From Pachysolen tannophilus NRRL Y-2460 (taxonomy: Eukaryota), in contig KV454011.1 of NCBI GenBank assembly GCA_001661245.1, positions 1,204,724-1,268,723 on the forward strand: a DNA stretch of 64,000 nucleotides, written 5' to 3'. Shown here in pieces: positions 1-11,626 of the stretch (positions are counted from its first letter, which is position 1; each line of letters starts with the position of its first letter). A program made the position numbers and the translations under genes. A model generated the notes under the pieces. That model was not told where the DNA came from and did not search any database. It worked only from the letters and a program-made list of their open reading frames with translations.

Positions 1-559
1 GTAATTCAATCTCTTTATGAAAACAAAAAAAAAATTATTTAGAGGGTCCAAAACAACTAGAGAAAGCTCTTCCTGATTTGGGTTAGAAAAGTTAGTTTAT
101 TTCTCTTTTGTTTTCACATCGAGCCAAAACTATTTTTTTTTTTTCGGTACTAAAGAAAGTGTTTACAATGTTTATTTGGTTTGTTTACATTTTGCCTTTT
201 GAGGAATCTTTTTTTTTTTTTTCATCGACATGATGGGTACTAAATAAATAATACCAAAACTTAAAATGTCTTTTGTTGATTAAGTATTCAACAGATAGAT
301 ACGGCTAGAAACAGACAGCTTTCAAACGCAATTTTATATGAAAAACATATGTTATATAAAGAAAGAAAGAAATAAAAAAATAAAAAAAAAAAGAAATAAA
401 AAATAAAAATAACCTTCATCTAACCCATTCATTCAAGTAACTAAAATAAAATACAAATACAAAAGAAAAAAAAAAAAAAAAAAAAAAAATTTAACAAACA
501 ATGGAATAGAAAATCACGTATATATATACCCAACTTTATGGATTTCACGTCATTTTGAA

Positions 560-1666
560 TTAATCGTTGTGCGTTGTAGTGTCATCACCTTTATCTTCTT
601 GTGTTGCCAATACTTGACTTGCCAACATGCCTAATGTATCTAACATATGATTATTACCATTACTATTTGAAGAAGATCTTGAAGAAGGAGAATCTCTTCC
701 TGAATTTAAAGTTCTACTCAATTGTGATTTTAAATCTTCAATTTCACGAAGTAATCTTAAATTTTTCATTTTCAGTATTTTTAATTTATTATATTTCAAT
801 TTTTTATAATGTTTAATCAATTTTAAATTTCTTTTGTTTAATTTTTCATTTTCTAAGATTAAACTACTCAAATTTATTTGAAAAGTTTCTAAATTTTTTA
901 ATAAAATTTGTTTTTCAATATTTTTTTGTTCTAGTATTGTCTTTATTTGAAATTTAAATAAATTTTTATTTAAATTTAAATTTAATAATGAAGATTTTGA
1001 ATGATTTAAAATTTCAACTAATTTTTTAATCATTTTAGAAGGATCTTGTTTATTATAATTTTCTTTTAAATCATTCTCATCTATTGATGATGTTTCATTT
1101 ATGAAAAATTTCGCTTTTTCAATTATCAGCTCAATTTCAGAAAGAATCTTTCCACTTTCATTATCAATTAAATTCAAATCATTTTCATTCGAACTATTCT
1201 CATTTTTTTGACCTTCTTGTATATTATTCGCTATTTTATCCTCACTAAATTTTGAATCTTCTCCTGCTTCCATTTTTTTCAAATTTGTTACTTGCTGACC
1301 ATCATTAGTAATATCTTCCACCCCCATTTTGTCCACCTCATTCTTAATCTTATTAATCTTATTCTTCTTATCATCACTAGTATCATCATTATCAACATCC
1401 CGGATTTTCCTCTTTTTCATACCATTGACCCCAAAACTCTTGCTAGACAATTCTTCCCCACCACCAGCACCAGCACCAGCACCCTCTTGAGATGATGATA
1501 AAGTAGAACTCGAACATTGAGATGAAACCTCAGTGCTAAGAACCTCTGATGATTTAGGTGAAAAAATAGTCAGTTGCTCTGAAGTTGTACATTGCTTATT
1601 AGATGAAGACAACACTTGTTCCAAGTTCAGCTTACCAACTAATTCCTGGGTCTGTAAAGTAGCCAT
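560..1666 (-). CDS. FDO1-like nuclear coiled-coil protein
   Basis: 368-aa ATG ORF with a low-complexity N-terminus and a coiled coil. The C-terminal MLDTLGMLASQVL resembles the Fdo1-family tail as recalled; identity tentative. Confidence 0.55.
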   Translation of the reverse strand: MATLQTQELVGKLNLEQVLSSSNKQCTTSEQLTIFSPKSSEVLSTEVSSQCSSSTLSSSQEGAGAGAGGGEELSSKSFGVNGMKKRKIRDVDNDDTSDDKKNKINKIKNEVDKMGVEDITNDGQQVTNLKKMEAGEDSKFSEDKIANNIQEGQKNENSSNENDLNLIDNESGKILSEIELIIEKAKFFINETSSIDENDLKENYNKQDPSKMIKKLVEILNHSKSSLLNLNLNKNLFKFQIKTILEQKNIEKQILLKNLETFQINLSSLILENEKLNKRNLKLIKHYKKLKYNKLKILKMKNLRLLREIEDLKSQLSRTLNSGRDSPSSRSSSNSNGNNHMLDTLGMLASQVLATQEDKGDDTTTHND

Positions 1667-1713
1667 CCCGCTTTCCTCCTAACGTTCACAAAAAGTACCC
1701 AAAAAAAGTTCCC

Positions 1714-1728
1714 TGAACGTTCCTGAAC
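1714..1728. promoter_or_regulatory. Heat-shock-element-like array (tGAAcgTTCctGAAc)
   Basis: Three alternating nGAAn units inside a degenerate 10-bp tandem repeat, about 50 bp upstream of the ATG at 1666. Confidence 0.3.
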
Positions 1729-1866
1729 GTTTCTAAAAGTTTCCAACTAATGTTCCTAAATCTTTAATTGGCAGCACTCACTCACACTTTCAAATACAAA
1801 AAGTTCAAATTAGTATTTGTTTTTATAAGTTTTCTTTTTTGTTTGGCGCATACTCAGGCCTAAAAG

Positions 1867-1872
1867 ACGCGT
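1867..1872. promoter_or_regulatory. MCB-like element ACGCGT
   Basis: Exact ACGCGT in the AT-rich divergent promoter between the 560-1666 gene and SUB2. Confidence 0.35.
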
Positions 1873-2558
1873 AAAAGAAAAATATCAAAAAACAAAAAAA
1901 AAAAAAATTGCTAACAAAACTCAAAGTCGTGTTAAACACACTCAAATATCCAAATCGGGAACAATTTTTTGTTTTTCTTCTTTCTTCTGGAAGTCGTTCT
2001 CGAAACAAAACGACTGCCAAAAAAAACCCTTTTTTTCTCGTTTCCCTTTTTCTTACTGGAGAAAATCAATATACAACCAGGATTTATTAAAAATTTAGTA
2101 AATGTATCTGGGGAGAAGTAGAAGAAATATAGAACTAAATTTAAAATATTTAAAATAGATTTAGCACTTTATTATGGATTTGATTGTAAAATTAGAGAAC
2201 AAACTGTTTTAGTTTTTAAGTTCGTCGTTTTATTAATATTCCAGTGCTCATATTTACGCTGTGCATTACTATGGGCTTTGAAGTTTGTTTCAATTTCAAG
2301 GGCGCCCAAACTGTACTCTTGACTGTTTTGTAAGGCTTTTTGTTTTCTTTTTTAATGAATTCTGCGTAGATCTGAGCACTGGCTAATACGGCGAGATTTT
2401 ATTTTTCTCGTGGAAAAACCAACCACTTTGATTATATAGTAAGTATGTATACCTTTTTATATAATTGGTATTAATTAAATTAAATTAAATTAAATTAAAT
2501 ATAATCAATCAATCAATCGATTTAATCGTGGTAATTATTGTTATAATTGATATTAGCC

Positions 2559-4627
2559 ATGTCACACGAAGGTGAAGAAGAACTTTTAGATTATTCCGAC
2601 TCGGAAGATGTTGCAGTTGCTCCATCAACAGCAACTGCTAATGAAGAGTTAAAAGATGGCAAAGATGAGTCGAATAAAAAAGGTTCATATATCGGTGTTC
2701 ATGCAACTAGTTTTAATGATTTCATGTTAAAAGCAGAATTATTAAGAGCGATTGCCGATTGTGGGTTTGAACATCCTTCAGAAGGTTAGTAATTTATAAA
2801 AAATGAAACATTTAATAAGATGAGAAGGAAGCAAAAAAAAAAAAAAAAAAAAAAAAAGAAAAACAATTAAAGCGAGATATTTTTTATTTGGTTATGGTAT
2901 GGATAATGGTTGAGAATCTATTATATATTATTTATCAACTCAACTTATCCTATCAGGAGATTGATGGTGCTATATGCATCTGCTCGAGGCAAAAGATTAT
3001 ATATATATAGTTGAACGCAAAGTTACAACCAATGTGATGTAGCTTGAGTTTGACTATATTTAATATTTCTCAATATAGTCTCACTTTCCTTCAAGCCAAC
3101 GCGAATGAGAAAACATAAAAACGTTAAAACATTTTTTTTAAAAATTAAAAAAAAAAAAAAAAAAAAAAAAGTTAGAGTTGAGTCTAATTCAACAATGTAA
3201 GAATTTTGATGTATTTTATTTAACAAAATACAATTTCCTTTTTTTCTTTCATAGATGAGATACTTATTATTCATTCCAAAACCAAAATATCTTCTTTAAT
3301 TGGAGCTCTTAAAAAGAAAGAAAGAAATAATCTTAAAAATCTTTTAATTTTTTTTTTTTTTTTTTTTTTTTTGCTTCCCAATCATAATCATCATCATATT
3401 TCAAAAGAAGAAAAAACTAACAAATCAAATTTTTTTTTAATTATTACAGTCCAACAAGTTTGTATTCCTCAGTCTTTAACAGGTACTGATGTCTTGTGTC
3501 AAGCTAAATCCGGTTTAGGTAAAACAGCTGTTTTCGTCTTGTCGACTTTAAACAGATTGGACCCAACACCAGGTGAAGTTTCCGTTGTTGTAATTTGTCA
3601 TACAAGGGAATTGGCTTACCAAATTCGTAATGAATATGCTAGATTTTCAAAATATATGCCAAATGTTATTACGGAAGTTTTCTATGGTGGTACTCCAATC
3701 AATAAAAATGTTGAAATTTTAAAGAACAAGGAAACTTGTCCTAATATCGTTGTTGCTACTCCAGGTAGATTAAATGCTTTGGTTAGAGAAAAACATATTA
3801 GACTTAATGAGGTTAAAACATTTGTCGTTGATGAATGTGATAAAGTTTTAGAATCAATTCGTAAGTGGAAACAAACATTATTTAATGATTATTTATTATT
3901 ATTATTATTCTTATTTTTGCCCATAAACTATTACTAACTTAAAACTTATTTATATTTAGATATGCGTTCTGATGTTCAAGAAATTTTCCGTGCTACACCA
4001 CATGAAAAACAAGTTATGATGTTTTCAGCAACTTTATCTCTGGAAATTAGACCTGTTTGTAGAAAATTCATGAAGTCACCTTTGGAATTATTCATTGATG
4101 ATGAATCGAAATTAACTTTACATGGTTTACAACAATATTATATTAAATTGGAAGAACGTGAAAAAAATGCAAAATTATCGGATTTATTAGATAATTTAGC
4201 ATTTAATCAAGTTATTATCTTTGTTAAATCTACTAGAAGATGTAATGAATTGAATAGATTACTTGCTAAATGTGGATTCCCAACAATTGCTGTTCATTCT
4301 GATTTACCTCAAGAAAAGAGAACAGAAAATTATAAATTGTTTAAAGATTTTAAATGTAGAATTTGTGTTGCCACAGATGTTTTTGGTAGAGGTATTGATG
4401 TTGAAAGAATCAACTTGGCTATTAATTACGATATGCCATCAGATGCTGATCAATATTTACATAGAGTTGGTAGAGCTGGTAGATTTGGTACAAAAGGTTT
4501 ATCCATTAGTTTTATCTCCAGTGAGGAAGATAATGAAGTTTTAGAAAAAATCCAATCTAGATTTGATGTTAAAGTTGCTGAATTCCCTGAAGAAGGTGTT
4601 GATGCTTCAACCTATATGCAAAGTTAA
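2559..4627 (+). CDS. SUB2: DECD-box RNA helicase Sub2/UAP56; exons 2559-2784, 3450-3860, 3960-4627 (434 aa)
   Basis: Motifs [34 protein letters not shown]. Intron 1 2785-3449 (GTTAGT..AACTAAC..CAG) and intron 2 3861-3959 (GTAAGT..TACTAAC..TAG) join three ORF-track fragments in frame. Confidence 0.97.
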
Positions 4628-4784
4628 AACAAGAAACTTTGATCTAACTAAGTTTTCTCTCTTTTTTTTGTTGTTTTTTTTTGTGTATGTGGTTTCTTTT
4701 TTCTTTATCTTTCTTTTCTTTTTATCAACCCCATCCGTAAATCACCTTTCCTATGTTTAAATATTGTATAGTCAAAATTTAAAA

Positions 4785-4901
4785 TCATTTTCCAGTATTA
4801 TTGTTGTAAAAACTACAAACACGATCAATTATTTTGAAAACATTATCTATTTCTTTTCTTGGAATTAAAAACCATTCAATATGTATGTTGAAATTACCTT
4901 T

Positions 4902-4933
<32 letters not shown>

Positions 4934-5549
4934 CAATACATCCATTACAATGCACATTACCATGACCATATTTCTGTCTTAAAAGTTGATGTATCTTAGA
5001 TTCCACAATATTAGCATTTTGCAAGCATAAAAACCCTGATTGAGTATTTTCATAGTTTAAATATTGTTTTGATCCATTTAGTGACATTTTTTTGAAAAAA
5101 AATAATAATTTATCCATATCATTTGTAATAACCTCTTGTTTTGAGTTATACGGATTCACAAGAAGAAGCTGGTGCTTACATTGAAACTCCCATTGCTTCA
5201 ACCTCGTATGTACACTCTGCGTAGTATACCCAATCTTGATCAAGATATCATGCTTGGGATTGAAAACTTTCAACTTGTTATCATTATATTTCTGTATTTT
5301 CAACCAGGGTTCTTTTGTAGGCTTGACCAACAAGTGTTGTAGAGTATATACGTATATGCGTCCTGGAACTTTTATTGGAATCAACTTGGAGCCCAATAAA
5401 GATTTTTTAGGACTGCCAGTACTATTGCTGGTACCAGTAATGGTACTTGAATTTTGTTGGAACTGGTGGTACCGACAAAACCCACCTTCTTTCACATATA
5501 TCTTACACCGCTCACCTTTCTTCGTTATTCCCTTACACTGTTTCGACAT
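4785..5549 (-). CDS. T5orf172/MUG113-family (GIY-YIG-like) domain protein with N-terminal Cys/His motif
   Basis: First ATG at 5549. Motifs QCKGITKKGERC..FCRYH, GRIYVY, IKIGYT..RLKQW..QC, ESKIH, C..C, HIEWF. Confidence 0.75.
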
Positions 5550-6861
5550 TTCAGCTTCAAGCCTTGAATCACCACCCACACCTCAACCCGCCAAAGAGTA
5601 CCGATTCAATTATATAAAACCCAATCTCCGCCGTTAAGAAAGAGAGAGAGAGAGAGAAAAAAAAAACCTCATCACTTACTTTCACTATTTACCTATTTCC
5701 TAAACGGTTGCACTTGGCACGCGCTCACACTACTGTTTTTTATCTTCAACTTTTCTTCACTTTTTTAAATATATCAAAGAAGAAGAAGAAGAAAAATAAT
5801 AGTAGTGTGCGCGGATCTCACTTTGCCGAAATAGGAACACCACAACCACGTTGAAATCCAGAACCAAAACCAGATCGAGAACCAGATTCCACGGCAAAAA
5901 GTACTCAAGCGAAAAAAAAGAAAAAAAGAAAAAGAAAAAAAGACAGGGTAACCTAAGACAAACCTTAAAGTCTAGAATAAATAAAGTTTGTTCTCGTTCG
6001 TGTCTGGGGCACGTAAAGTTTTTTTTTTGACGACCAAACTAACTTACATCATAATTAGTTTCCTAATCTAGTAATTGCCCCTGCGGGCCTGTAATTTGAA
6101 CTAGTGCGCGCATTGGTGGAAAAAAACTTATAAAAAAAAAAAGAGTATTTATTAAATTTATTAAAATGCAAAAAAAAATATAGAAAAAAAAAAGCGCCCC
6201 TAATCCACCTGCAGGGCACTCACCGCAAATCTGCATATGCCCCCTTTTCCTAGGCAACTACGTCAACAAAAATTGTAAACAAAAAAAAAAAATAAAAAAT
6301 TTGAATTTGAAACATCAAATTTTTCTAAGTTAAATTTCCCCCTTAATAAATAAATACTTCTAGACAAACAAACAAACACCTAAAAAGATTTGATATACCC
6401 TTGTTAGCAATTGATTGTTTTCTTTTTATTTATATTTTAATTTAATTTAATTTAATTTAATTTGATTTTCTTTTCTTTTGTTTTTTTTTGTTTGACAATC
6501 GAATTCACTCGTTCTAATATTCATTTTATTTATTTATTCATTCATTCATTCATTCATTGATATTTTAGTATCTGATACCGAATAGAATAGATATATTTTA
6601 CGAGTTGAGTTTTATTGAGTGATAATTTGCTAATTTGCTTCTACCGCCGCCGGTTGTTTATTGGAAAGATAAACTATCAACTAACTTGAGTCCTTCTTTA
6701 TTTTATTTTAAAAAAAAAAATTCGCTTTTTACGAATAACTATTTGCTTTTACTTGCTTTAAAATTTTGTGTGTGCTCTTTCATTTTATTGCAGTACCCGT
6801 GTTTATTCTTTCGTTGTTCAATATAGACATAATTGTTAAATAAATCTCATGGAATAAAGAA

Positions 6862-9800
6862 ATGTATACTCGACAATTATTCGGCAATATTTTTGTGGTA
6901 TTGTTTTTGCTATTTGCATTTTCGGATGCTTTGGCAATACCCACTTTGCTTACTGGAATTGGAGAGAATGATCAACAGCTGTCGTTGAATAAGATAAATG
7001 ATCAGTTAAGAAAAGTTGCTAGTGCTTTTAAGAAGAGAAGTAATAATTGGTTAGGAAATAAAAATTCTAATGAATATTATCAAAATTCAAATTCAACATT
7101 TTCTGTTACTTCAAGTTCAACAGGTGAAGATTCTACAGATTTTGCAACAGTGGATTTTTCCAGTATATTTGATGAGACATTTTTGTCTTCTTCTTCAAGT
7201 GAAGGGTCTTTGGAAACTGATGCCACAAGCATCGTTGATTCAAGTTCCTCAATTGCTGCTGTTTCCACTTCAAGTTCTTTGTCAACTTTTTCGTCAAGTT
7301 CAAGCTCCAGTTCTGTAACAGGGCCCTATTACCCAACAGAAACAGATTCTTCATCTTCATCTTCATCTTCTTCAACTGATGCGAGCAGCTCAAGTTCTGT
7401 TTCTATAACAGCAACGGCAACATCATCAACAGCAGTTTCAACAGCTGCAGATTCATCTAGTGCTAGTGTAACCTCTAGCGCTGATGACTCAGATACCAGT
7501 TCAGATTCTGCAGTTTCTTCAGATTCCTCTGCTACAGATTCTTCTACTACAGATTCTTCTACCACGGATTCTTCTGTCACTGATTCATCTGCCACAGATT
7601 CTTCTACTACTGATTCATCTGTCACTGATTCATCTGCTACTGATTCATCTGCTACTGTTTCATCTACCACAGATTCATCTACCACAGATTCATCTACCAC
7701 AGATTCATCTACCACAGATTCGTCTACCGATTATACTGCTTCATTGGACTCGTTATTGGCTTCAATCACTTCAACTTCTGGTTCAGTTTCCGCTACTTCA
7801 ACAACGTCATCTTATAGTGATGATGATTATGGTTCATATTCTGACTCGTATGAAACTTCTTCATCTTCAGCAACAACAACATCTGGGCTGCTGTCATCGT
7901 CCGGTGCAGTATTGAGTTCAACTGATGCTAATTCAACTGATGTTAGTTCAGCTGTTATTAGTTCAACTGATGCTAGTTCAACTGATATTAGTTCAATTGT
8001 TATTAGTTCAACTGACGCATCTTCAGCTGGCGCATATTCATCTGGCGTTAGTTCAAGTGACGTTAGTTCAGCTGACGTTAGTTCAACTGGTGTTAGTTCA
8101 GCTGACGCATCTTTAACTTTATCATTATCGTTAGCAACAGATTCAAGCTCAGTTGCAAGTAGCAGTTACACCAGTGATTTAACAAGTAGTTCAAGTGTTT
8201 TAAGCGATGATTATTCAATTTCTTTGATTTCTTCATTAGTAGCTTCAGAGACACTGGCAATTTCCTTGAGTATTGATCCTTTGAGTTCCACAGTTTCATC
8301 AGTTCCACTTGCTTACAGTACAGTCATTAGTACTTCTTCAAGTGCATCGGTTCCAGATTCATACTATCCGACAAGTAGCCTGGTATTATCAGTTAGTTCA
8401 GAAGAAGCTTCTTCAACATTATCATCTTCTACAGTTGCAGTGGAAAGTACTTCTTCTCCACTGGTTAGTGTTTCATCCCCAGTTTTAATTATTTCTTCTT
8501 ATTCGTCAGAGTCTGATACTGCTTCAGTATCAGCTTCTTTATTATTGGATTCTTCAAATACTCTCTCATCCATACCAACTTCAACAGATTCCAGTTCTGT
8601 TTATTCATCTCAAGTGCCAGATGTCATTTCATCCTCATATTTACCATCTGATACTGCTACTTCTATTGCTTCAATATCTGCAGGTTCGTCATTATCATTG
8701 TCAGCAGATTTAGAAAGCTCAAGTGAAGTTTCTAGTGCAGCCACTACCAGTGTATCACAACCTTTGAGTCCTGTTTCTGCTTCTGCTACATCTTCAATAT
8801 TATTGGAAACTTCAATCAGTGATTCTGAAAGTGCCACAAGTTATTCTGAGCTGACTGATTCGTTATCAGCATCACTATCATTATCATTATCTGATTCCCA
8901 AACTCTGTTGATATCGATTACCAGTGAAACTTCAGCCTCTCAAGGTGCTTCAGTTTATACTTCAGCTTCTACGGGACAGGAAAGTAGTGCTGTTGTTCCT
9001 TCAGAGACTTTAGCCAGTTCAGGAATTACTAGTACTGGTAGTTCAGTTGTTGTTACTTCATCATCTCTGTCGTCATCTAGTACTTCAAACTGGTTACCAA
9101 CTGAAATTATCACGGAAGGTGTACTGACATCGACTGCTAGTGGTAGCGTATCGGCAACTACTACTCTGCTGTCTACTACATTACCAAAGGCAATTGCACC
9201 AGCAGAAACTGAGGTTCCTTCATCTGATTTTAGTTTAATCACTATTGGTTTTAAACAAAGTTTAAATTATGCTTTTATCGTTGAGAACTCATTAGCACCT
9301 GCACAAATTTTTGAATATTTACCAAGTGTAGTATTATACCCATTTTCAAATACTAGTTATGACTCTTCAGTATTTGTTAAAGAATTAGTTCCATATACAG
9401 CTGCCGGTCTTGATTACATTATAACTGTTGCAGAAGTTTATTTCCCAACAAATTATATTGAAGAATTACAAAATTGTGTTGTCAACACTTCATCTAGTTT
9501 TTACAATAACCCAGATTCAACAGAGTATTCGTTAGCTTCTTTAGTTGATCCACAAGTTCCATTAACAGGTTTAGTGGATGAGACAAGCACAACATCAAGC
9601 ACAAGTGCCTCTTCATCTTCTACAAGTGATTCTGATGAATCAGATGATTCGGATGATGATAGTTTAGGGTCACTTGGTGTATCTTACTCTTCAAGTGGTG
9701 AAGGTACAAGTGATGGTGATGATAGCAACAGTTCTTCAAAGACTAAGAAAATAGTTGGTATTACTGTTGGTACAGTTGTTGGTTGTTCAATATACTTTGC

Positions 9801-10179
9801 ACTCTTGGTTCTCTTTTACAGGTTTAGAAAAGCCAAGAAATCTATCAATGGAAACAACGGCAATAATGATGATAATGAATATTATGATGGTATTTCACAA
9901 CCACAAATTTCAAGAGGATCTTCTAGAGGTTTTGGGCCGATTAATTTGCCGTTGAACGGATCAAACTCATTCATATCGGATTCTTCGCTCCATGCAGCTA
10001 ATAACAATAATAATAATCATAATTCACAAATTGGAGAGAACCGCAATAGCTTTAATAATGGTAGTTCTTGGGATCAAAGAAGATCAGGTACATCTACACA
10101 ACAAATGGATCAATTGGGAAACTACATTCCTAAGATTAGTACACCGGTACAACTGCAAAATTCTTTAGGTTGGGCTTAG
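6862..10179 (+). CDS. MSB2: Signalling mucin Msb2/Hkr1 family
   Basis: Signal peptide, long Ser/Thr region, HMH-like domain (ITIGFKQSLNY..APAQIFEYLP), one TM segment (IVGITVGTVVG), C-terminal IS.P....NSLGW. Near MCY1 and SNU71, as in S. cerevisiae. Confidence 0.9.
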   Translation: MYTRQLFGNIFVVLFLLFAFSDALAIPTLLTGIGENDQQLSLNKINDQLRKVASAFKKRSNNWLGNKNSNEYYQNSNSTFSVTSSSTGEDSTDFATVDFSSIFDETFLSSSSSEGSLETDATSIVDSSSSIAAVSTSSSLSTFSSSSSSSSVTGPYYPTETDSSSSSSSSSTDASSSSSVSITATATSSTAVSTAADSSSASVTSSADDSDTSSDSAVSSDSSATDSSTTDSSTTDSSVTDSSATDSSTTDSSVTDSSATDSSATVSSTTDSSTTDSSTTDSSTTDSSTDYTASLDSLLASITSTSGSVSATSTTSSYSDDDYGSYSDSYETSSSSATTTSGLLSSSGAVLSSTDANSTDVSSAVISSTDASSTDISSIVISSTDASSAGAYSSGVSSSDVSSADVSSTGVSSADASLTLSLSLATDSSSVASSSYTSDLTSSSSVLSDDYSISLISSLVASETLAISLSIDPLSSTVSSVPLAYSTVISTSSSASVPDSYYPTSSLVLSVSSEEASSTLSSSTVAVESTSSPLVSVSSPVLIISSYSSESDTASVSASLLLDSSNTLSSIPTSTDSSSVYSSQVPDVISSSYLPSDTATSIASISAGSSLSLSADLESSSEVSSAATTSVSQPLSPVSASATSSILLETSISDSESATSYSELTDSLSASLSLSLSDSQTLLISITSETSASQGASVYTSASTGQESSAVVPSETLASSGITSTGSSVVVTSSSLSSSSTSNWLPTEIITEGVLTSTASGSVSATTTLLSTTLPKAIAPAETEVPSSDFSLITIGFKQSLNYAFIVENSLAPAQIFEYLPSVVLYPFSNTSYDSSVFVKELVPYTAAGLDYIITVAEVYFPTNYIEELQNCVVNTSSSFYNNPDSTEYSLASLVDPQVPLTGLVDETSTTSSTSASSSSTSDSDESDDSDDDSLGSLGVSYSSSGEGTSDGDDSNSSSKTKKIVGITVGTVVGCSIYFALLVLFYRFRKAKKSINGNNGNNDDNEYYDGISQPQISRGSSRGFGPINLPLNGSNSFISDSSLHAANNNNNNHNSQIGENRNSFNNGSSWDQRRSGTSTQQMDQLGNYIPKISTPVQLQNSLGWA
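7522..7731 (+). repeat. Coding 15-nt tandem repeat (TDSS[T/A/V]) in MSB2
   Basis: Roughly a dozen ACnGATTCnTCTnnn units visible directly. Confidence 0.9.
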
Positions 10180-10677
10180 ATGCAAAATAAAATAGAAAAA
10201 AAATTTTTTGAAAGTTTTTATAAATAAGATATGTTTGATATTAATTTTCATTTAAACAAAACTGAATTTTCTTTTCTTTTTTTTTTTCTTTTTCTTTTTT
10301 TTTTTGTCGAGCTACGTTTAGTTCTTTTACCTCTTGTGTTTTTGCACTGATGGATATTTGTATTATTTTATGTTCATGTTTTATTAAAAATTTTTCTTAT
10401 AATTTTGGTTTTTTTTCTTTTCTATTCCATTCATTTTCACTCTTTTGATTTAACTGAATCTTTTTATTTTTTGATAAGTTGATTGAAACCATTTTGAGAC
10501 TTTTTTTTGCGATTTTGTCAATTTCGTTATTTGCTTTTATAGTATTTTTTTTTAGACAACTTCAAATGGTGCAATTTATCTTTTAAGATACCCCTGATAA
10601 AAAAATACATGTGTAAAATTTATATTAGTTCATATACGTAGATATACAATAAAATGTTTCTATAAGATTGTCAATCT

Positions 10678-11484
10678 CTATAAAATCAATCCTGCTGTTT
10701 CATTCAAGTAAATCAAATGCCTATCAAAATTTTTCAAAATCAACATCTTATTTAAAATTGATGGTTCTAATACATCTTTCCCCTTTTCCTTTGAAGAATA
10801 ATAGTTATCCAATTTTTTCAATGGTAAATTGTTTAACACCAATTTATCATCTCCTTCACAATATACAAACGTTTGGCCATTATCTTGAATTTCAATCTTT
10901 TCATAAAAATCCTTCACTTTTGAATAATACAGAAACTCCGATTTTTCCTCTTGGTCATTATTACCATCATTTAATAATTTATAATCGTTGGAATTCAATG
11001 GGTCAAATAATGTCTTTTCTTTATTGAACATTTTCGAAAACTCTAATCTACTATGTTCTGTATTCAACAAGTTCTTTAATATCTTATACTCAATGTTAAT
11101 ATCTTTTGAATCAACAAGTCCATTATTAACAAATATCAAAGTATTGATGATTCTTTCGATGAGCTGCTTATGAGTTAACAAATCAGCACCAGCAGTGTTT
11201 AGCACCGTTGATCTCTTTGAATTATAATCTGAATACTTGAATTTAAACCTAACATAGTTGGAATAAGTGTTCTTGATATCCTCTCTAGTGGTTATAAATG
11301 GTTTGAATCGTACAAAATATCTGTATAATATTAACAATTGATCTTTATTTTTAAAGTTTTCAAGATACTTGTCTTTGTTTAAACGTTTAATATTTAAAAA
11401 AACCTTTGACTTGTTCAACACCTGTTTATTGGTGAATATCGTCGAGTTATGAGTCGTCAATGGCAACTTAACTGAACTCTTCAT
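10678..11484 (-). CDS. IRC19: Irc19/Rrg4 family protein
   Basis: LYRYFVRFKPFI..IKNTYSNYVRFKFKYSDYNSKR matches the Irc19 core as recalled (LYRRFMRLKPFI..VKDTYRDYVRYKF..NYELKR). Confidence 0.8.
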   Translation of the reverse strand: MKSSVKLPLTTHNSTIFTNKQVLNKSKVFLNIKRLNKDKYLENFKNKDQLLILYRYFVRFKPFITTREDIKNTYSNYVRFKFKYSDYNSKRSTVLNTAGADLLTHKQLIERIINTLIFVNNGLVDSKDINIEYKILKNLLNTEHSRLEFSKMFNKEKTLFDPLNSNDYKLLNDGNNDQEEKSEFLYYSKVKDFYEKIEIQDNGQTFVYCEGDDKLVLNNLPLKKLDNYYSSKEKGKDVLEPSILNKMLILKNFDRHLIYLNETAGLIL

Positions 11485-11626
11485 TCTGTTGTTGTTGTAT
11501 TCCCTTTATCTTTATTTTGATATATATAATAATATATATCATATTAATATATTGAAAGATATTTATATCATCACTACTGGAAAAAAGAGATTTAATATAT
11601 TCAATTATTTTTAATCAAATCACTTT

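Noticed and set aside
3023..3274. 83-aa minus-strand ORF in the SUB2 intron
   Set aside because: Runs through a homopolymer (poly-Phe); no recognisable motif.
2785..3449. C/D-box snoRNA in SUB2 intron 1
   Set aside because: No CTGA D box and no exact RTGATGA C box found by eye.
7329..7715. Antisense ORF with (DESVV)n repeats and other overlapping ORFs in MSB2
   Set aside because: Shadow frames of the TDSST coding repeat; no independent evidence.
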